From a virus: DNA of 64,000 bases. The stretch lies in IMG/VR virus record IMGVR_UViG_3300013233_000773; one strand, written 5' to 3'. Under the pieces are notes generated by a model that did no database searches, was not told where the DNA came from, and worked only from the letters and a program-made list of their open reading frames with translations. Below, piece by piece: positions 31,301 through 39,261 of this stretch; position 1 is the first letter of the stretch, and each line of letters opens with the position of its first letter. The translations under genes and the position numbers were made by a program.

Positions 31301-32046
31301 TGGTCGTAGACGAACTTGACGTTCTTCTTCAGGAACTCCTTGGCGTCCTCGTCGCGCTTGGAGACAATGAGCACCTTCTTGTTGGAGAAGAACATGGCGT
31401 ACCATAGCGCGAACGCGCCGGTCAGGGTCGATATCCCGCAGTTATGCACAACTGCGCCGTCCACGATATAGTTGTGCGAGGACGGAACGTTAAGGTCAAA
31501 TACCCTGTCCGTGCGGTCCAGCGGACGCACCGACTTCACGGCACCCTTGACGAACGAGAGCGTCTCCCTGGAGACTTCGACGAGCACGTCGTCCCGGACA
31601 AGCCCAGAGACACTCTTCCAGTCGCCCTCTGTCAGGAACTCGTGATCGGCGGTACAGACCGATCTGTGGCCGGTCTCCGTGCACACCTCCATGAGGTCAT
31701 CCGCCAGCCCGTTGTCATAGACCTCCTTTACCGGAGCGGTCGTCACTCGACCTTCCGTCACCGTATAAACCAAGTCTCCCGGCTGTAGAGTCTCGATTGC
31801 CTTTGGTCCACTTGGCGTCCACACCATGGTGCCGGCCACGAAGCATTGACGGCACTTCCTGTAGATGTTGTAGCGGTTCTTGAGGTACATCTGCAGGGAT
31901 CTGCGCTGATAATTGAACAGGTTAAACGGGATAATTCCGGCCTTTGGATGCTTGACCTTGCAGAAGTTGCTGACGAAGAATATTGGACTCTTCTGACAGC
32001 GCTTGAGGAGCCTGGGTACGAGAGCACCACCAGTCTTCCTGCTCAA
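28309..32046 (-). CDS. gp17: Terminase large subunit (gp17-like) with two inteins
   Basis: Spliced Walker A KCRQ^CGIST, Walker B NIIDEAAF, VISTVNG coupling motif, nuclease GVDISSG...D and HDDL. Confidence 0.96.
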   Translation of the reverse strand: MSRKTGGALVPRLLKRCQKSPIFFVSNFCKVKHPKAGIIPFNLFNYQRRSLQMYLKNRYNIYRKCRQCFVAGTMVWTPSGPKAIETLQPGDLVYTVTEGRVTTAPVKEVYDNGLADDLMEVCTETGHRSVCTADHEFLTEGDWKSVSGLVRDDVLVEVSRETLSFVKGAVKSVRPLDRTDRVFDLNVPSSHNYIVDGAVVHNCGISTLTGAFALWYAMFFSNKKVLIVSKRDEDAKEFLKKNVKFVYDHLPRLYKDIYGDPPDLYNEHSVGFSNGSVIKSLTSSKDTMRSESASLNIIDEAAFMPSMDDMWAGAQPCCAYGTVVSTGRGLKRIDKMLEEAGSPGAKTYAPQDIVLPTDAGPQSSNAIWNNGYCRTIRIRTSLGYEFEATSRHRIKVLDEDYAWKRLSCVQNGNLACLMLNTCVGEPVSLADPEPALVCLDGCSDKDQIDVSCKRCHKSFTRRVVSLRRFRDDSGHYVCPSCAHHGDFVPPERMTEELAEILGYYVGDGWLSEKRPKRIKLSCDPGYGDLPRKLVDRYAKVGVSSYIEPGHDTLEVRVNNASFVDWLVRQGLNSKTNAFDAQIPAPVLASGPQILCAFLRGLFEADGTITGGRISLSTSSATLADQVRTSLLSLGILTHTSVTRSGGFEGSSGGYVIGVLDRRNCQRFQNKIGFLSNGKNSVVLQDPKQENGLCIEHPVVEELCDAALRTTTDKKQRARIYGYRRTCRIPYQRALEISDGTTKLGRLLDKGLVFDKIVSIENDSTLTADLSVPTNNTYIANGFVSHNTLIHGGSVVVISTVNGVGNWYHTTWEDAASKSNEFNPIEIMWWDMDWAIEYRDDFTGEVNRICPTDGIRECVTKGEREKWGPYWSPWLEEQYRALQQKGESHKFRQEVLAEFIGTGQTVVPRDVLVHLDTAVSDKYFIAEPVPYIHPTTGARHILDFQRQLRIWKPPVKPEPDVMENGRIIRPGASGHAYSVGVDISSGEASDYSAIVVVDCNTLEQVAEMLIRVLPTTLVMMIDYIGRWYNNSFCVPERTGIGQPICTSLYNDFAYSNIFRMPMPSGRPSRKVGFPTSPVHKPMLNKALMDYLGEDGVTVLSKRIVEQLHIYVHLGSKRTGCVEGPGNHDDLTIALALACVGIKNASIADPSSLVPMQANKSEDEPLLTAGDTARMGRMLQAGGAQAMLPLIPGGGAETAMPGDELRRFAASMGGITMSSEQVPFLQRKAKQVKFDQAVRPVIRRPSR
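29689..31098 (-). mobile_element. Intein 2 in terminase (470 aa) with LAGLIDADG homing endonuclease
   Basis: N-terminal CCAYGTVV, block B ATSRH, LGYYVGDG and FLRGLFEADG, C-terminal FVSHN followed by +1 Thr. Removal restores AQP^TLIHGG. Confidence 0.93.
31441..31845 (-). mobile_element. Intein 1 in terminase (135-aa mini-intein)
   Basis: N-terminal CFVAGTMVWT, block B CTADH, block F VFDLNV, C-terminal VVHN followed by +1 Cys. Inserted inside Walker A. Confidence 0.95.
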
Positions 32047-32672
32047 GTCTCGTCCTCCGCCGGCGGCTGCCTCAACAGGGCCTCAAGGTCGAGACCATCC
32101 AGGGACGGGCCGCTGCTGTTGAGCGACAATATCACGTCGTTGGACTTGCTCGCAGACAGCAGCTTGGCTATGGAGTCAAGAGCACGCGAGGAGTTGCTGT
32201 TTATGTCTGCCTTGGTCTGTAGAAGCCTGGCCAGCGCATCCAGGAAGGGTCCCATTCCGCGGACCTCTCCGCCCTGCAGGCGCTGCCTGACATAATCGCC
32301 AAGCAAGGTAGCCATCGAGGACACCTCGCGGCGGTCCTCGGCCTGGTTGTGTACGATCTGCTCCACCGAACCGCTGAAGAGAGACAGCAAGTTCTTGACC
32401 CTTCTGGACATCTCGGCGTCGTCGCCGTCGCCGTCCATCAGCCTGGCAGGCTCCATGTCGTCCTGGGGTGCCGCTAGGTCGGGATCAGGCACCAGGGCCT
32501 GGGCAGTCTCCTCTGCAGGAGCTGAGTCCACCCTGCTGGCAGTGCTCGGAAGGATGCCGAGGGCCTCGCTGGCGTTCCTTGGACCGATCACTGCAGGGAC
32601 GCCCTCCGTGGGGGCTTCGGCCGGCCCTCCCCTGAGCATGTGGATTATGTCTGCGTCATTCTCTGCGGTCAT
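32043..32672 (-). CDS. Possible terminase small subunit
   Basis: Immediately upstream of and overlapping the TerL start; helical C-terminal half. Position-based inference only. Confidence 0.45.
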   Translation of the reverse strand: MTAENDADIIHMLRGGPAEAPTEGVPAVIGPRNASEALGILPSTASRVDSAPAEETAQALVPDPDLAAPQDDMEPARLMDGDGDDAEMSRRVKNLLSLFSGSVEQIVHNQAEDRREVSSMATLLGDYVRQRLQGGEVRGMGPFLDALARLLQTKADINSNSSRALDSIAKLLSASKSNDVILSLNSSGPSLDGLDLEALLRQPPAEDET

Positions 32673-33276
32673 CGATCATGCTCCTGACCTCCAGGAACCA
32701 GTCCAGGTCGAACGGTGCCCTCTGTCCAGAATATCTGCTTACAAGCCGGTCCTCCTGAAGCGACCAATGTGCCGGAGAGGCCGTTCTTCCGGATTCGTTG
32801 ACGAACTCGCCGCCGCGTTCACGCCAGCCTCCGAGCCGCACCGCTACGACGTGCGACACTAGGCTGTGGAGGCCGTCTAGGTCCCTTACTACGTCCAGGG
32901 CCTCTGACAGTCCAGCCCCGGACTTGCCTAGATTGTCGCGGACGAACTCGACAGCCTCCGTGGCATTTGCTTTATCCATGTGCGTCCGGTTCCCGGTCCT
33001 GCCTGGATCGTTGTTGGCGTTCTTCCTTGGCATTATCCGCCCGAGCATGAAGCGGTTCTTGACTCGCTTCTTTCTCGGGCGCACGGTCCTGTGGACGCGC
33101 TCCAGGGCTGACTTCGGCATCGACTCGTCTATGTCCTTGTCCTTCTGCATGACGGAGTCGTACAACTTCTTCATGGTCTCGTCCTTCAGGAGATCGTCCA
33201 GGTCCGTGCCAGTGGCGGACATATAGGACCATAGGATGTGCCGTAGAAGGTCAGTCGCTTCGTCCGGTATCGTCAT
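32656..33276 (-). CDS. Hypothetical protein
   Basis: 206-aa ORF coupled to its neighbours. Confidence 0.65.
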   Translation of the reverse strand: MTIPDEATDLLRHILWSYMSATGTDLDDLLKDETMKKLYDSVMQKDKDIDESMPKSALERVHRTVRPRKKRVKNRFMLGRIMPRKNANNDPGRTGNRTHMDKANATEAVEFVRDNLGKSGAGLSEALDVVRDLDGLHSLVSHVVAVRLGGWRERGGEFVNESGRTASPAHWSLQEDRLVSRYSGQRAPFDLDWFLEVRSMIDDRRE

Positions 33277-34192
33277 CGGCCCGCATCCTGTGCCCGATGG
33301 TCTCGTGTTTCTCGTTCAATGGGGAGTCGGTGAACTCGTGACTCCTGAGCCTGATCATGCCGAGCACGGAGTTGACGACGTGCCTTGGCAGGCCAGAACG
33401 CTCGACCAGCTTGCCAATGAATCCTTCGTGTGGCTTGTCGTCCTCTCTATAGAGCTCCTCCATTGCGTCCAGCACGCGGACGTGCTCCCTGTTATGTTTG
33501 AAGATGTCCCTGGCCTCCGAGACGAACCTCGAGAACACGTCCTGGCGGCCCGTGACGCGGTTGCCGACGTGCTCCTTGAGCATCGGTCCGTTCTTGCGGT
33601 CGCGGTTCTCCTTCTTGATGTGAGCCAATATGACCGTACGTGCGATCTGGGACCATAGGTTGAACAGCTTGGACTTCCCGCGGTAGTATATGTTGCCCGC
33701 CTCCACCACCTCGCCGGAGTCGTCGTACTCCGGCTTGACCAGCTTCACGCCACAGTGCGGACATGATCTTGTCCCGCTGATGAGTTCGCCCGCGAACAGG
33801 AAGTCGCTACAGAGCATGGAGTCTCCGGGACGTAGCTGGTTATAGCAGGACGCGCAATGGGGCCTGGCCTCGTACTTGTACAGCGCGCTCTCTATCTGTA
33901 TCCACGCAACCTGGAACAGGTCTCCTATGGAGGATTCGTCCTTGCCTGGATAGATCTGGCCGAGGTTGTGCGCCCTGATTATCTGCCGGATCAGCTCGGA
34001 CGCATGGACCATGATCTGGTCGCGCAGTGTCACGGAGGTGCAGGCCCCGGCCACGTAGCGATATAGGAGACGCTCGACTATCTCATTGTCGAAGTAGTAG
34101 TTCGGCCTATACTCTTCGTGACGATGTCCCTTGGAAAGGGATGCGGAACCTGGACTTGATGAACTCCTTGCCGCCAATCTCTGCTCCACCAA
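33251..34192 (-). CDS. Late-transcription sigma factor (T4 gp55-like) with zinc-finger insertion
   Basis: NYYFDNEIVE, DLFQVAWIQIESALYKY and SKLFNLWSQIARTVILAHIKKENR resemble gp55/sigma region 2. Located between the UvsW and terminase genes. Start uncertain. Confidence 0.6.
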   Translation of the reverse strand: MVEQRLAARSSSSPGSASLSKGHRHEEYRPNYYFDNEIVERLLYRYVAGACTSVTLRDQIMVHASELIRQIIRAHNLGQIYPGKDESSIGDLFQVAWIQIESALYKYEARPHCASCYNQLRPGDSMLCSDFLFAGELISGTRSCPHCGVKLVKPEYDDSGEVVEAGNIYYRGKSKLFNLWSQIARTVILAHIKKENRDRKNGPMLKEHVGNRVTGRQDVFSRFVSEARDIFKHNREHVRVLDAMEELYREDDKPHEGFIGKLVERSGLPRHVVNSVLGMIRLRSHEFTDSPLNEKHETIGHRMRADDDTGRSD

Positions 34193-35819
34193 TCACGACC
34201 CTAGTGTCATACCCCATGGAGACGATTGCCTTGAGGTTTTCCCTAGAATGCTTGTAGAGGTATTTATTGCCGAGCATGAAGAAGGAAAATATCCTGGCCC
34301 AACCCCTGGTATTCCTGCGCAGCGCCCGGCCCACCTTCTGCTCGAACTCGGACCACAGGCCGCCGCCTCCGATCAGGACGAGGTTCTCTGTGCCGCCAGA
34401 CAGGTCGAGGCCCCTACGCAGTATCTTGCTGCCGATGAGGCACGTCATCTCCCTCTTCTCGAACTTCTCTACGATGCTGCGCCTAGCCCTGCGGCTCGTC
34501 TTGCCATACACGAACCTGGAGCCCGGAATCATCTGCTCAAGGGCCAGGCCAAGCGGGGCTATAGGAGCCGTGTCAACAAGGATCAGGGTTCCCTCGCCGG
34601 GAAAGGCTGCAGGGATGGTGGCCACCAAGCGATGAAAGGCCTCGTTCTCTATTATCTCCTCACTGACGGCTATGTCGAAGGCCCGTGAGTCCTTCCTACC
34701 CTCCGGATCTCCGAAGCCTATCATCACGCACTTCACCGGAACTATGCGTCCTGCAGCCTGCACCTCCCTGCGGGACACCTCGTAAATGATGTTCCCCAGC
34801 TGCTCCCTAAGGAAGAGATTCTGGACTGGCTTCTTGCGGTCGAAGGGCGTACCACTGAAGCCATATTTGCGCCTCCCGTGAAAGTGCTTGACGAACATCT
34901 CCTGATATTGCTTGGATGTGGCTAGATCGGCCTCGTCGACGAGCAGAAGGTCGCACCGCCCGACCATCTCCTGTATCTTCCTGGCATTCTCTAGCCTCGT
35001 CGCATAGGCAGCCTTGATCCTCTTCTCCTTGACCAGGCTGCAGTACAGGCGGATGCGCTCGAGCCGACCGGGCTCCAGTTCGTCAACAAGGTCCGGACAC
35101 ACGGCGAACCTGTCCGCCTCGCCTGGAAAGATCCTGTCGAGACACTCCTCACCAGCCGTAGCCCATCTGCGGAAGGTCTTGACGGCCTCTTCGGTGTTCA
35201 CTCTCCATGACGACTGGGTTGGTCTTGATGGCGTAGTCATGGACTGGATGTTGCCGACGATCACCAGTTCGCCTTCCGGCAGGTGTCCCTGACAGAACAT
35301 ACCAACGCCGCCACGGACTACCCCGCGTAGCTGCAGCCTCTCCACTATCTGGTCGAGGACTACAAGCTGTTCCGTCACTATGACGGTAGGGCAGCGGTAC
35401 ATCTTAACGAGCCCGCAGATTATCTCGGTCTTTCCCGCGCCGGTAGTAGCGGACACGAGTCCGATGTCCTTGTCGCAACACCGCCTGAGGCACTCGACCT
35501 GGTACTTCTCTAGTATTATGCCGTTCAGGAAGGTCTTGGTTATGTGCTCGGGTTTCGGTGCCGGATATTCAGGCGCGGGGCGGTCGTCCACCACTTCAAG
35601 GGGAATGTGGTTCCTCCTGCAGCACTCCTGCAGGTCGTCCAGGAACCCGACCGAGAGCCTCTGCGTCCGTACGTTGAAGCGCCGGTACCAGCCGTCCCAT
35701 GGCCCACTCAGATAGCGTGCCCTTGGTGTCCTTGCGCTGAACTCCCGGACCAGGATGTCCTCTGCACCGACTATCTGCTCGAGGAGCATGTTGTGGCTGT
35801 CGACTATACGGGCGAGCAT
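34107..35819 (-). CDS. uvsW: SF2 DNA helicase (UvsW-like)
   Basis: SATTGAGKT, LVDEAD, GFSGTP, QKVGRALRR. Confidence 0.9.
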   Translation of the reverse strand: MLARIVDSHNMLLEQIVGAEDILVREFSARTPRARYLSGPWDGWYRRFNVRTQRLSVGFLDDLQECCRRNHIPLEVVDDRPAPEYPAPKPEHITKTFLNGIILEKYQVECLRRCCDKDIGLVSATTGAGKTEIICGLVKMYRCPTVIVTEQLVVLDQIVERLQLRGVVRGGVGMFCQGHLPEGELVIVGNIQSMTTPSRPTQSSWRVNTEEAVKTFRRWATAGEECLDRIFPGEADRFAVCPDLVDELEPGRLERIRLYCSLVKEKRIKAAYATRLENARKIQEMVGRCDLLLVDEADLATSKQYQEMFVKHFHGRRKYGFSGTPFDRKKPVQNLFLREQLGNIIYEVSRREVQAAGRIVPVKCVMIGFGDPEGRKDSRAFDIAVSEEIIENEAFHRLVATIPAAFPGEGTLILVDTAPIAPLGLALEQMIPGSRFVYGKTSRRARRSIVEKFEKREMTCLIGSKILRRGLDLSGGTENLVLIGGGGLWSEFEQKVGRALRRNTRGWARIFSFFMLGNKYLYKHSRENLKAIVSMGYDTRVVIGGAEIGGKEFIKSRFRIPFQGTSSRRV

Positions 35820-35854
35820 ACTCTTTAAATACTACAGGCCAATTCGGACCGTGT

Positions 35855-36181
35855 TTATCGCCTATTGGTCTTGCCGGACCCTGTCTTGCCGGACTTGCTG
35901 GACTTTGTCTTGCTGTGCTTGCCCTCCACCGGCTTCTGCAGGACGAGTCTCGTCGTGACGAGCATCATAGCGGCCGATCCAGGAATCTGAACCTTGTTCA
36001 TCTTATCAAGGATGAACGAGACGTGCTCGTCCGACAGTTCAAGGAGCGGATAACCGTCCTTGTCGTTCAACCTCGAAGCGATCTCCAGAACCGTGGTCGC
36101 CTCGCTGCCCGATATAGTGACCATCGTCAGGATACTTCCTATTCTGCTGCGGGCGTCCGAATCAAGCTCAAACTTTGGCAT
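35855..36181 (-). CDS. Hypothetical protein
   Basis: 108 aa, preceded by the GTACATATG motif and a GGAGA RBS. Confidence 0.7.
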   Translation of the reverse strand: MPKFELDSDARSRIGSILTMVTISGSEATTVLEIASRLNDKDGYPLLELSDEHVSFILDKMNKVQIPGSAAMMLVTTRLVLQKPVEGKHSKTKSSKSGKTGSGKTNRR

Positions 36182-36206
36182 CTGCTGGTCTCCGTCCGTG
36201 TTCCTG

Positions 36207-36215
36207 CATATGTAC
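36207..36215 (-). promoter_or_regulatory. GTACATATG motif (copy 1)
   Basis: The identical 9-mer occurs in three intergenic gaps (36207, 40308, 45380), 16-27 nt upstream of start codons. Confidence 0.45.
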
Positions 36216-36887
36216 TCATTGACCGAGCAGTCTAGCTATCTGCGCAAAGGCATCGGCCAGCTTCTTCTTGTCCGCAAGCTGGCCGGAATCCTCTAGCTCC
36301 TTTCTAGTCGGAAATTCCTTCTTGAGCTGATCCACCTCCTTCTTGAACTTCTTTCCCTTCTCCTTCTCGGCAGCCGCACGGCCCACTCTATCCACGTCAG
36401 TGTCCGCTCCCTTTCCCTCTGGTTCCTCCTTCAGCCTGCCTTCCGGCTGTGGGCTCTGCAGTTCAGTCGGCCTTGCGGGCTTCGGTGCCTCCGGCGGCTT
36501 CCTCTCCTCTGGTTGCAGATCCTTGTTCGTCTCAGGGACTTCCTTCGTACTTTTCCCATCTGCCTCCTGCGTCTCCTCGGCCCCCTTCCTGTCTTCCATC
36601 TCCTTGAAGGCCTTCTCGACCATCTTCTGAACCATTTCCTTGTCGATCGTCTGGGGCAAACCGTCCTTTGGCATCTCGCCCCGGACATCGTCTCCAGTGA
36701 CCGTAACGGACCCTGGATCGCCTGTTGCCTCGCCCAGGGGAGTACGGACGATAAGCTCGGTGCCGTCCGTCATCACCAGGCAGTCCTCCCCCACGATCAG
36801 GCTCTCCGACAGTTCCGGCGCCACCATGCGGAGGTTCCGCAAGAACTTCCTTAAGCCGCGCCTGCCAAGCTGCCTCTTCTCCATCAC
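36216..36887 (-). CDS. Hypothetical charged, low-complexity protein
   Basis: 223-aa ORF coupled to the upstream gene. Confidence 0.7.
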   Translation of the reverse strand: MMEKRQLGRRGLRKFLRNLRMVAPELSESLIVGEDCLVMTDGTELIVRTPLGEATGDPGSVTVTGDDVRGEMPKDGLPQTIDKEMVQKMVEKAFKEMEDRKGAEETQEADGKSTKEVPETNKDLQPEERKPPEAPKPARPTELQSPQPEGRLKEEPEGKGADTDVDRVGRAAAEKEKGKKFKKEVDQLKKEFPTRKELEDSGQLADKKKLADAFAQIARLLGQ

Positions 36888-37381
36888 GTCCCCCGCCTGG
36901 CGTAGAACTCTATGGGCCGCTTCCGCTCCCTACCGTCTAGGCAGATCTCCACAATCGAATCTGGAGGCACCTGGCCCAAGCCCTCCATTACCGTTTCGCC
37001 GCCCTGATAGAAGACCCTCGACATCCTTCCATCGTCCACTCTTCGCACCATCACGCCCGGCCGTACCATTCCGGCCATGAGAAACATCCTGGAGCCAGTG
37101 AACGCGGTCCTCGGCAGGAGGTGCCAGTGAGAGACCCGGATCACGTCGTCGTATCCTATCGGCTGCACAGTGTATTGGACGCGCTCGTCCAGCCCGTGAC
37201 CACCGACGTCATGGACCTCTACGACCTGGACAGCCGATCCACTGCCGGGATAATAGGTGGTCAGAAAGCCAGACAGGTCCGGTACGCATGCCTCGGCAAT
37301 GTCTCCTGGCTCCATAGCGAGATAGGTCGGCAGTGCTTCCTTATCGCACCGCCAGAAGCTCTCGGAGATCGTCTGCATCAT
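36884..37381 (-). CDS. Hypothetical protein
   Basis: 165-aa ORF with ATGA overlaps. Confidence 0.65.
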   Translation of the reverse strand: MMQTISESFWRCDKEALPTYLAMEPGDIAEACVPDLSGFLTTYYPGSGSAVQVVEVHDVGGHGLDERVQYTVQPIGYDDVIRVSHWHLLPRTAFTGSRMFLMAGMVRPGVMVRRVDDGRMSRVFYQGGETVMEGLGQVPPDSIVEICLDGRERKRPIEFYARRGT

Positions 37382-38226
37382 GACACCTGTAGTATGAAGT
37401 CTGGACTAACCCTGGTCTCTCCGTTCGGCAGGCAGACCCGTATCCTGTACTGGTAGCTCCCTACAAGCGGAATCCTGGTCGTGTCCAATAGGTACTGTAG
37501 GACAAAGGGATTGCTCCTGAACGTACCCTGGCGAAGCCCTATCTTCATGGGCTCGTCGTCTATTATGGTCTCGCAGTTATGCGTCTTGACCGTTACGAAT
37601 GCACGTAGTTGAGGTATTATCGGAGCGATCCTGTTGTAGTCGAAGTCGTACAGGGGCTGGGGCATGAGGCCGACCTCGATCGTCCGTATCTCCGGCTTGT
37701 GGAGCTTCAGGTCCAGCGGCTCGAAGCTGAACCTGATCGTGCTCAGGCCGGAGTCACACTCGAAGCCGTCCGGGAAGAGCCAGAATTCGTTGCAGCATCT
37801 TCTCCAGAGAGACTCGTCGTCAAGGATGGAGGTCCCTGTCACGCTGGTCACGCCGGTCACGCCTGTCGATCCGGCAGTGCCGGTCGGATCGGTCGGAAGG
37901 AAACTCCAGACGTCGAAGAAAATGTCTGGGACCACTATCCCGCTGGTCGGAACGTCCCAGAACAGATGGAAAACGCCAGGCTTTATGCCTCCGGAACCGT
38001 CATCCTCGCGCTCCAGTGGAGCCGGATATCCGGTGTCGAACGGCGAGAGTATGGGGAACTCGGCGACTAGGTTCTCCGGCTGAACTGCTGACTTGTAGAT
38101 CTGTATTAATCTAACAGCAAAGGGATCCTCCGGAACACCGTTCCTGAAGAAGGTATTGTTCAGGTCTATGGTCCGCCCGAGACGGCCACTGATCCTGGAC
38201 ATCACGTCAGGTATGGTGCCGGACAT
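37378..38226 (-). CDS. Putative virion structural protein with a Thr/Gly-rich insert
   Basis: 282 aa containing TGTAGSTGVTGVTSVTGTS. Confidence 0.7.
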   Translation of the reverse strand: MSGTIPDVMSRISGRLGRTIDLNNTFFRNGVPEDPFAVRLIQIYKSAVQPENLVAEFPILSPFDTGYPAPLEREDDGSGGIKPGVFHLFWDVPTSGIVVPDIFFDVWSFLPTDPTGTAGSTGVTGVTSVTGTSILDDESLWRRCCNEFWLFPDGFECDSGLSTIRFSFEPLDLKLHKPEIRTIEVGLMPQPLYDFDYNRIAPIIPQLRAFVTVKTHNCETIIDDEPMKIGLRQGTFRSNPFVLQYLLDTTRIPLVGSYQYRIRVCLPNGETRVSPDFILQVS

Positions 38227-38229
38227 TCC

Positions 38230-38448
38230 CTACTCCTCGACCGCATGCGGTCTGGCAGGCTTTGCGGGTCTGCGCCCGCGCCCGCGCCTAGACTTAGCCC
38301 TGGTCCCACCCCCGCTTCCGTCATCCTCCGCGCTACCCGTAGCTGGCTTCGTGTCGGACCCCTGAGTAGCACCCTTCGTGGAACCCTTACTGACTCCTTC
38401 CGGAAAGAGGGCTTCGTCCAGGACTTCCTCGAACGTCCTGTGGCCCAT
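38230..38448 (-). CDS. Small hypothetical protein
   Basis: 72 aa with GGAGG RBS. Confidence 0.55.
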   Translation of the reverse strand: MGHRTFEEVLDEALFPEGVSKGSTKGATQGSDTKPATGSAEDDGSGGGTRAKSRRGRGRRPAKPARPHAVEE

Positions 38449-38464
38449 GACGGCCCTCCATATG

Positions 38465-38869
38465 CTAGACGACCATTCCGCGGACCTGGAAGTCGCTCGT
38501 CACGAACAGTCCCTCAGCAGTGGTAAAGACGAACTGCGAATAGGGACGGAAGATCATGGGAACCCCGACCTCCTTTGACATGCCCGGATTCAGGACCCAT
38601 GCTGGCTGGTATATCAGATTGCCGGACAATGCCAATCTCTTAACGAGCCGAACGGTGTTCTGTGGGAGGCGAGACCTCGACCTGGTAAGATGAACTAGGG
38701 CTATGCGGTATGCCGGGATGACGAGCCTGCCGTCGATGCAATGCAGGACGAGCTGCTGGTCCTCGAACCACTTGGGCAGGGAGGCAGCCTGTGGGTCGCC
38801 GGGACCGTAGATCCTTACCTTCTCGTAGACCACGTCGCCGGACAGGGCGACCCTTTCAGCCTTGATCAT
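38465..38869 (-). CDS. Hypothetical protein
   Basis: 134-aa ORF in operon context. Confidence 0.65.
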   Translation of the reverse strand: MIKAERVALSGDVVYEKVRIYGPGDPQAASLPKWFEDQQLVLHCIDGRLVIPAYRIALVHLTRSRSRLPQNTVRLVKRLALSGNLIYQPAWVLNPGMSKEVGVPMIFRPYSQFVFTTAEGLFVTSDFQVRGMVV

Positions 38870-38872
38870 AGG

Positions 38873-39043
38873 TTATTTTTGTTTGCCGAGCATGTCCATG
38901 ACCATGTCGTTGATCCGCTTCACCTCGTCCGAGAGCCTCTTCTCCAGCCACTGATCGGCCTCGGCCTGGTCCTCCTCCGCCCGCCTGCGGTATTCGTCGG
39001 ATATCTCGCGCGCCCTTGACAGGTAATATTTCTTCTGTATCAT
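38873..39043 (-). CDS. Small hypothetical protein (56 aa; not in the ORF track)
   Basis: MIQKKYYLSRAREISDEYRRRAEEDQAEADQWLEKRLSDEVKRINDMVMDMLGKQK fills the gap exactly. AGGGG RBS. Confidence 0.6.
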   Translation of the reverse strand: MIQKKYYLSRAREISDEYRRRAEEDQAEADQWLEKRLSDEVKRINDMVMDMLGKQK

Positions 39044-39065
39044 CTAGATCATCCCCTAGCCAAGC

Positions 39066-39254
39066 TTAGCCAAGCCTGCCGGCACCAGGAGCCGGCAAGG
39101 CCCCCTTGGCTGCAGTGCCCGTGGACTCTTCCCTTTCCCTCTTGCGTTCCTTGATTATCCTGTTGAGCCACCAGCTACGCTCCTCGCCGGTCATGTGCTC
39201 TACCTCAGTAAGACTGAATCCGCCGTGGTACTTAAGTAGGAAGGACTGTTCCAT
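39066..39254 (-). CDS. gp51-like / tail-assembly-chaperone second ORF
   Basis: QSFLLKYHGGFSLTEVEHMTGEERSWWLNRI pattern. The frame stays open upstream into the end of the previous gene. Confidence 0.6.
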   Translation of the reverse strand: MEQSFLLKYHGGFSLTEVEHMTGEERSWWLNRIIKERKREREESTGTAAKGALPAPGAGRLG

Positions 39255-39261
39255 CAGGTGT

